11,461 nt of DNA from Chlamydiae bacterium RIFCSPHIGHO2_12_FULL_49_11 (lineage in GTDB: Bacteria > Chlamydiota > Chlamydiia > Chlamydiales > 2-12-FULL-49-11): NCBI GenBank assembly GCA_001794905.1, contig MGLW01000071.1, positions 1-11,461 of the forward strand, in the 5' to 3' direction. Positions 8,569 to 11,461 of this stretch are shown here, in pieces. Below the pieces are notes generated by a model. That model worked only from the letters and a program-made list of their open reading frames with translations. It had not been told where the DNA came from and searched no databases. The position numbers were made by a program, and so were the translations under genes. How positions within the stretch are numbered: the stretch's first letter is position 1; each line of letters opens with the position of its first letter.

Positions 8569-9213
8569 TTAAGTTCGTTTTAGAAATTTTAAAAGGGCGG
8601 GAGGGATAAGGAAGCCAAGGTCCAGGTTTTCTTCGACCCGCCGGACCACTTCCACTCCTCTTTTTCTCTCAGTTGATAGAAGAACACCCGATGTATGGTC
8701 GAATATCTCTTCCGGAGAAGACTCCAGACTTACCTCAAAAAGCTTGCAGAGAGCAGGCTCGTGTCCCTCCGAGGCTTCCGGCTCTAACCGCTCTTTGGCG
8801 TATTCCAGACGAGCTTCGGGAGTGGGAAAACGGACTTTAAAAACTTCGAATCGAAGATTGGCGAGGCGGCACTGGTGCAAAAAAGTCTGGGCAAACGCGT
8901 GCACTATTTGGGCATCGCTCGGGTATTTGCCAAAATAATAAGTGTAAAGGTGGTCAAATCCTTTCCGGATCATTTTGGGGAGGAAGTGGACATCCTCAAT
9001 CTTTTCCCTTTCGGAATACGATCGGAAAAGAAAGAAAAGGATCGAAAAATACTGAATGCGGAAAATCGCATGTTTGACCTCACTTTTCTCCATGATTTGC
9101 ATAAACTCTTCCATGGCTGCGGAATGATAGCCTGTTATAGAAACGCCGGAGCCTAACGCATTCCGGAATTCTTCCATGGCATTCAGGGTAGTTCGGTCAA
9201 CGGATATATCCAT
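8569..9213 (-). CDS. Hypothetical protein
   Basis: 214 aa from the ATG at 9213 (MDISVDRTT...). The longer TTG start at 9258 coincides with a predicted -35 box. No recognisable domain. Confidence 0.75.
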   Translation of the reverse strand: MDISVDRTTLNAMEEFRNALGSGVSITGYHSAAMEEFMQIMEKSEVKHAIFRIQYFSILFFLFRSYSEREKIEDVHFLPKMIRKGFDHLYTYYFGKYPSDAQIVHAFAQTFLHQCRLANLRFEVFKVRFPTPEARLEYAKERLEPEASEGHEPALCKLFEVSLESSPEEIFDHTSGVLLSTERKRGVEVVRRVEENLDLGFLIPPALLKFLKRT

Positions 9214-9229
9214 AATAACAATTATGAAG

Positions 9230-9258
9230 ATAGTACAGGAAAATCCAAATTCCGGCAA
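9230..9258 (-). promoter_or_regulatory. Putative sigma70/sigma66-type promoter (leftward)
   Basis: Minus strand: TTGCCG (9258-9253), 17 bp, TACTAT (9235-9230). Confidence 0.55.
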
Positions 9259-9291
9259 GGTAAAAAGTTATACCAATCCCCAAGAAATAAA

Positions 9292-9320
9292 TTGACGTAT
9301 GTAAAAGAAAATGTTAATTT
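9292..9320 (+). promoter_or_regulatory. Putative sigma70/sigma66-type promoter (rightward) with extended -10
   Basis: TTGACG (9292-9297), 17 bp, TAATTT (9315-9320), with TG at 9312-9313. Confidence 0.55.
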
Positions 9321-9330
9321 TACGCACGCT

Positions 9331-10428
9331 ATGGGAATTTGGGGTTGTATTGACGGTTGTGTTGAGGGAATCGCAGGAAAATATGCGAGCTGGGAGGCCG
9401 ACTGCCCGTACGGGTCAGTTTTGGATGTGGTGGCAAAGCGCATCTCCGGCCTTGTGATGGCGCTTTTTACCCCCAATATCTTGGCTAGAGCCGCTCATGC
9501 TTTAAAGAGGAAAGTAGCCAAGCCGCAGGAGAGCACAAATATTGCAAGGTCAGCTCTGGAAGTCAGACATGCGGCAATAGGCGAAATCGAACGGGTAAAG
9601 CAGGATCTTATTCACGCAAGAATGCTCAAGGACCGCAGGGCGCTCGTAAAAGAGTTTCTGAAATTCAGGCGCGCCCCGGGGGGCGGTCTTTTTTTAGCAG
9701 CGGCCCCGGTTCTCTTATGGATGTGGGGACAAAAATGGATTCCGGATCCGGCATTCTGGGCTTCCCATCAGATGATGTTTGTTGTCATTTCCGGTTCGGT
9801 TGCTGTCGGAACGATATTAATGGCTGTCTTTGAGCGTTTGGAGGGCTACCATCAATATATCCTTTTCATGCAGGAGTTTCACCGCGAGGAAAAAGCGATA
9901 GAAGAACGGGAAAGGAAATTTAGGGTGGGATGTTTTAATTGTACCAGGGTTGGCATGACAAGGTTACTTGCCAAAGGGCCGGAGGAGCCTATCGGGTCGG
10001 CGGAAAGGTTTCTCATGGCTTATTTACTGCCTTGCCTTACCGAGGCGTTGTGCCGCAGGTATCGCGGACAAGAAATCAGGGGCTTCGAAATCATCGGTCA
10101 AGATTATCAGGGGCAAAGGTACTTGCAAGAGTATCAATTGGAGAGGCTTGCGATCGGAAAGCATGCCTATGCCGCGCTTAGAAAAGCGATTGCCCGGTGG
10201 GACCCGTGTTTTCTGAAAATGGCCCTCGGGGCGCCGTTCATCATCTCTTCGGTCCTCATGTACCTCCATCTTCCGGATGACAGCGCCCGGCTGCCTGCCA
10301 TTTTAGCATCCTCGACGATGATGCTTTCGGGTCTATTCTATGAAGTCCAGGGAATCATCGGTAGAGCCGTCATCGCACATAAGATGCTAAAAGCGATTGA
10401 GACGGTCCCTGATACTCAGCGAACTTAG
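9331..10428 (+). CDS. Hypothetical membrane protein with two hydrophobic hairpins and a two-fold internal repeat
   Basis: 365 aa from the ATG at 9331; the TTG at 9292 is the predicted -35 box. It has two pairs of hydrophobic segments, and collinear motifs are shared between the two halves. Confidence 0.8.
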   Translation: MGIWGCIDGCVEGIAGKYASWEADCPYGSVLDVVAKRISGLVMALFTPNILARAAHALKRKVAKPQESTNIARSALEVRHAAIGEIERVKQDLIHARMLKDRRALVKEFLKFRRAPGGGLFLAAAPVLLWMWGQKWIPDPAFWASHQMMFVVISGSVAVGTILMAVFERLEGYHQYILFMQEFHREEKAIEERERKFRVGCFNCTRVGMTRLLAKGPEEPIGSAERFLMAYLLPCLTEALCRRYRGQEIRGFEIIGQDYQGQRYLQEYQLERLAIGKHAYAALRKAIARWDPCFLKMALGAPFIISSVLMYLHLPDDSARLPAILASSTMMLSGLFYEVQGIIGRAVIAHKMLKAIETVPDTQRT

Positions 10429-10440
10429 TGCCCTCCTCAA

Positions 10441-10468
10441 ATTCAACATAAGATATATTATCAGACGT
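10441..10468 (-). other. dif: dif-like XerC/XerD recombination site (11-6-11)
   Basis: Minus strand ACGTCTGATAA-TATATC-TTATGTTGAAT versus E. coli dif GGTGCGCATAA-TGTATA-TTATGTTAAAT. The XerD arm matches 10/11, the inner ATAA-N6-TTAT palindrome is intact, and the site is intergenic. Confidence 0.75.
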
Positions 10469-10495
10469 TGAATATACGTTCAAAAAACACTCTCA

Positions 10496-11461
10496 TTATA
10501 TAACTTCTAAGGAAGAAGACGAATTTATAAGAGCATAGTTCCATCCACTCGCCTTTTCAAAAGTATCTTCAAAAGTATCTTCGAAAATCTTCGGAATGCA
10601 ATTCGTCAGAAATCCAAGAATTTCCTCTTCGTTGCAAGTTAGTGAAACTGTAGCAAGTCCGTTGTTGGAATCCAAGAAATATAGAGCATTGTTTAAGTGA
10701 ATAAATCCCATGCGATGACCACTTACACCCTCCTTTCCCAAGGAAAATTGATAATAATTGGATCGGTGTTTTGCCAATTCAGATGCCAGTGGTCGGAAAA
10801 ATTCCTGCGGGCTTTCTTGCAGAGTCAATTCATTAGAAGTTATATAATGTTCTCCGTTAAAATACATTTTTTGTCCCTGACCACCGTTAATGCATGCAAC
10901 CTTTAGTATTCCTTCCGCTCTTTGCTTTAGGGCAGCTCTATTCTGTCTTAATTTCTCGATAGCCTGTTGCGAAGCCGATGTGCTCATAGCTGACCTTACT
11001 AGCTCTATTCGCTGCTGCCATATTTGCCCAACCAGTTGATATGTTTTAGATGATATAAGTTGAAGCAGTGCAATGTCTTCAGGCATGCCGAATTCAAAGT
11101 ATGCGACGACGCGTCTCAAGATTTTTTCCTTATCCTCCTTGGGACATGCGGCTACCAGCTGACTGTGCAAAGCGAATATTGCCGTGGTCATTGCAACGCA
11201 AACTCCCTGCATATCTGTAAAACCTATTGGATAGATTCTTTTGCTCTGCACACTATTTTGACAAATTGCTTTATCAAAGATCTTATCCAAAGATTGTAGC
11301 GAGTTCAATACTTTCTGACAGTATTGCAAAGCGTCGAAATCAGATGATTGCAATTGGATTCTGGAGATGGTTGCTTTAGATAGTGTAGTCACAAGACCTC
11401 TGCCCAGAGAGCAATACATCTGATTTGAACGGCTGCTAAAAAAGATTCTATGTTTTTTGCG
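10496..11461 (-). CDS. YopT/AvrPphB-like (peptidase C58, papain-like) cysteine protease domain protein; 5'-truncated
   Basis: The frame is open to the window end (RKKHRIFFSSRSNQ precedes the Met at 11419). Motifs QGVCVAM (Cys 11198-11200), SGHRMGF (His 10715-10717) and YFLDSNNG (Asp 10670-10672) match the YopT-family pattern GxC / GHA / FFDPNxG. Confidence 0.75.
   Translation of the reverse strand, partial: RKKHRIFFSSRSNQMYCSLGRGLVTTLSKATISRIQLQSSDFDALQYCQKVLNSLQSLDKIFDKAICQNSVQSKRIYPIGFTDMQGVCVAMTTAIFALHSQLVAACPKEDKEKILRRVVAYFEFGMPEDIALLQLISSKTYQLVGQIWQQRIELVRSAMSTSASQQAIEKLRQNRAALKQRAEGILKVACINGGQGQKMYFNGEHYITSNELTLQESPQEFFRPLASELAKHRSNYYQFSLGKEGVSGHRMGFIHLNNALYFLDSNNGLATVSLTCNEEEILGFLTNCIPKIFEDTFEDTFEKASGWNYALINSSSSLEVI
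10556..10582. repeat. Perfect in-frame 12-bp tandem duplication (TTCAAAAGTATC x2 + TTC)
   Basis: Directly visible in the sequence; encodes part of FEDTFEDTFE near the C-terminus of the protease-like gene. Confidence 0.9.

Noticed and set aside
9214-9330. ORF-track TTG starts at 9258 and 9292, and ORF 9222-9476
   Set aside because: Both TTGs are the first bases of predicted -35 boxes in AT-rich intergenic DNA. The small ORF overlaps the promoters and the + strand gene.
10468-10487. Small inverted repeat TTGAA-tatacg-TTCAA next to an A-run as an intrinsic terminator
   Set aside because: The 5-bp AT-rich stem is too weak, and no U-tract follows it on either strand (A-run on plus; the T-run precedes the stem on minus).
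1-11461. GC-skew switch or KOPS (GGGNAGGG) polarity as support for the dif call
   Set aside because: Spot counts were mixed and confounded by coding-strand bias, I noticed no clear KOPS octamer, and only 1 kb lies right of the site. This needs genome-scale computation.
1-11461. CRISPR array, tRNA/rRNA, transposase, integrase or known anti-phage defence genes
   Set aside because: I recognised no spaced repeats, structural RNA signatures or catalytic motifs of these classes.

Overview
Bacterial DNA of about 50% GC, most likely from an environmental member of the Chlamydiota. That assignment is an inference from an Inc-like protein and several effector-like orphan genes; the window has no marker gene. 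It holds eight probable CDSs, left to right: (1) a probably 5'-truncated orphan with Pro/Ser-rich and helical regions (+); (2-4) an intact, translationally coupled RND efflux operon on the minus strand (TolC-family lipoprotein, membrane fusion protein, single MdtB/MdtC-like pump); (5) an Inc-like protein with a bilobed hydrophobic domain; (6-7) two orphan genes; (8) a divergent membrane protein that appears to be an ancient two-fold internal duplication. A ninth, 5'-truncated, lower-GC gene at the right edge carries a YopT/AvrPphB-like (peptidase C58) Cys-His-Asp triad. The most notable non-coding signal is a 28-bp 11-6-11 dif-like XerC/XerD site at 10441-10468. It lies between convergent genes where GC drops from about 52% to about 38%. 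This suggests the replication terminus and/or an element integrated at dif that carries a protease effector. No rRNA, tRNA, CRISPR array or transposase was recognised.
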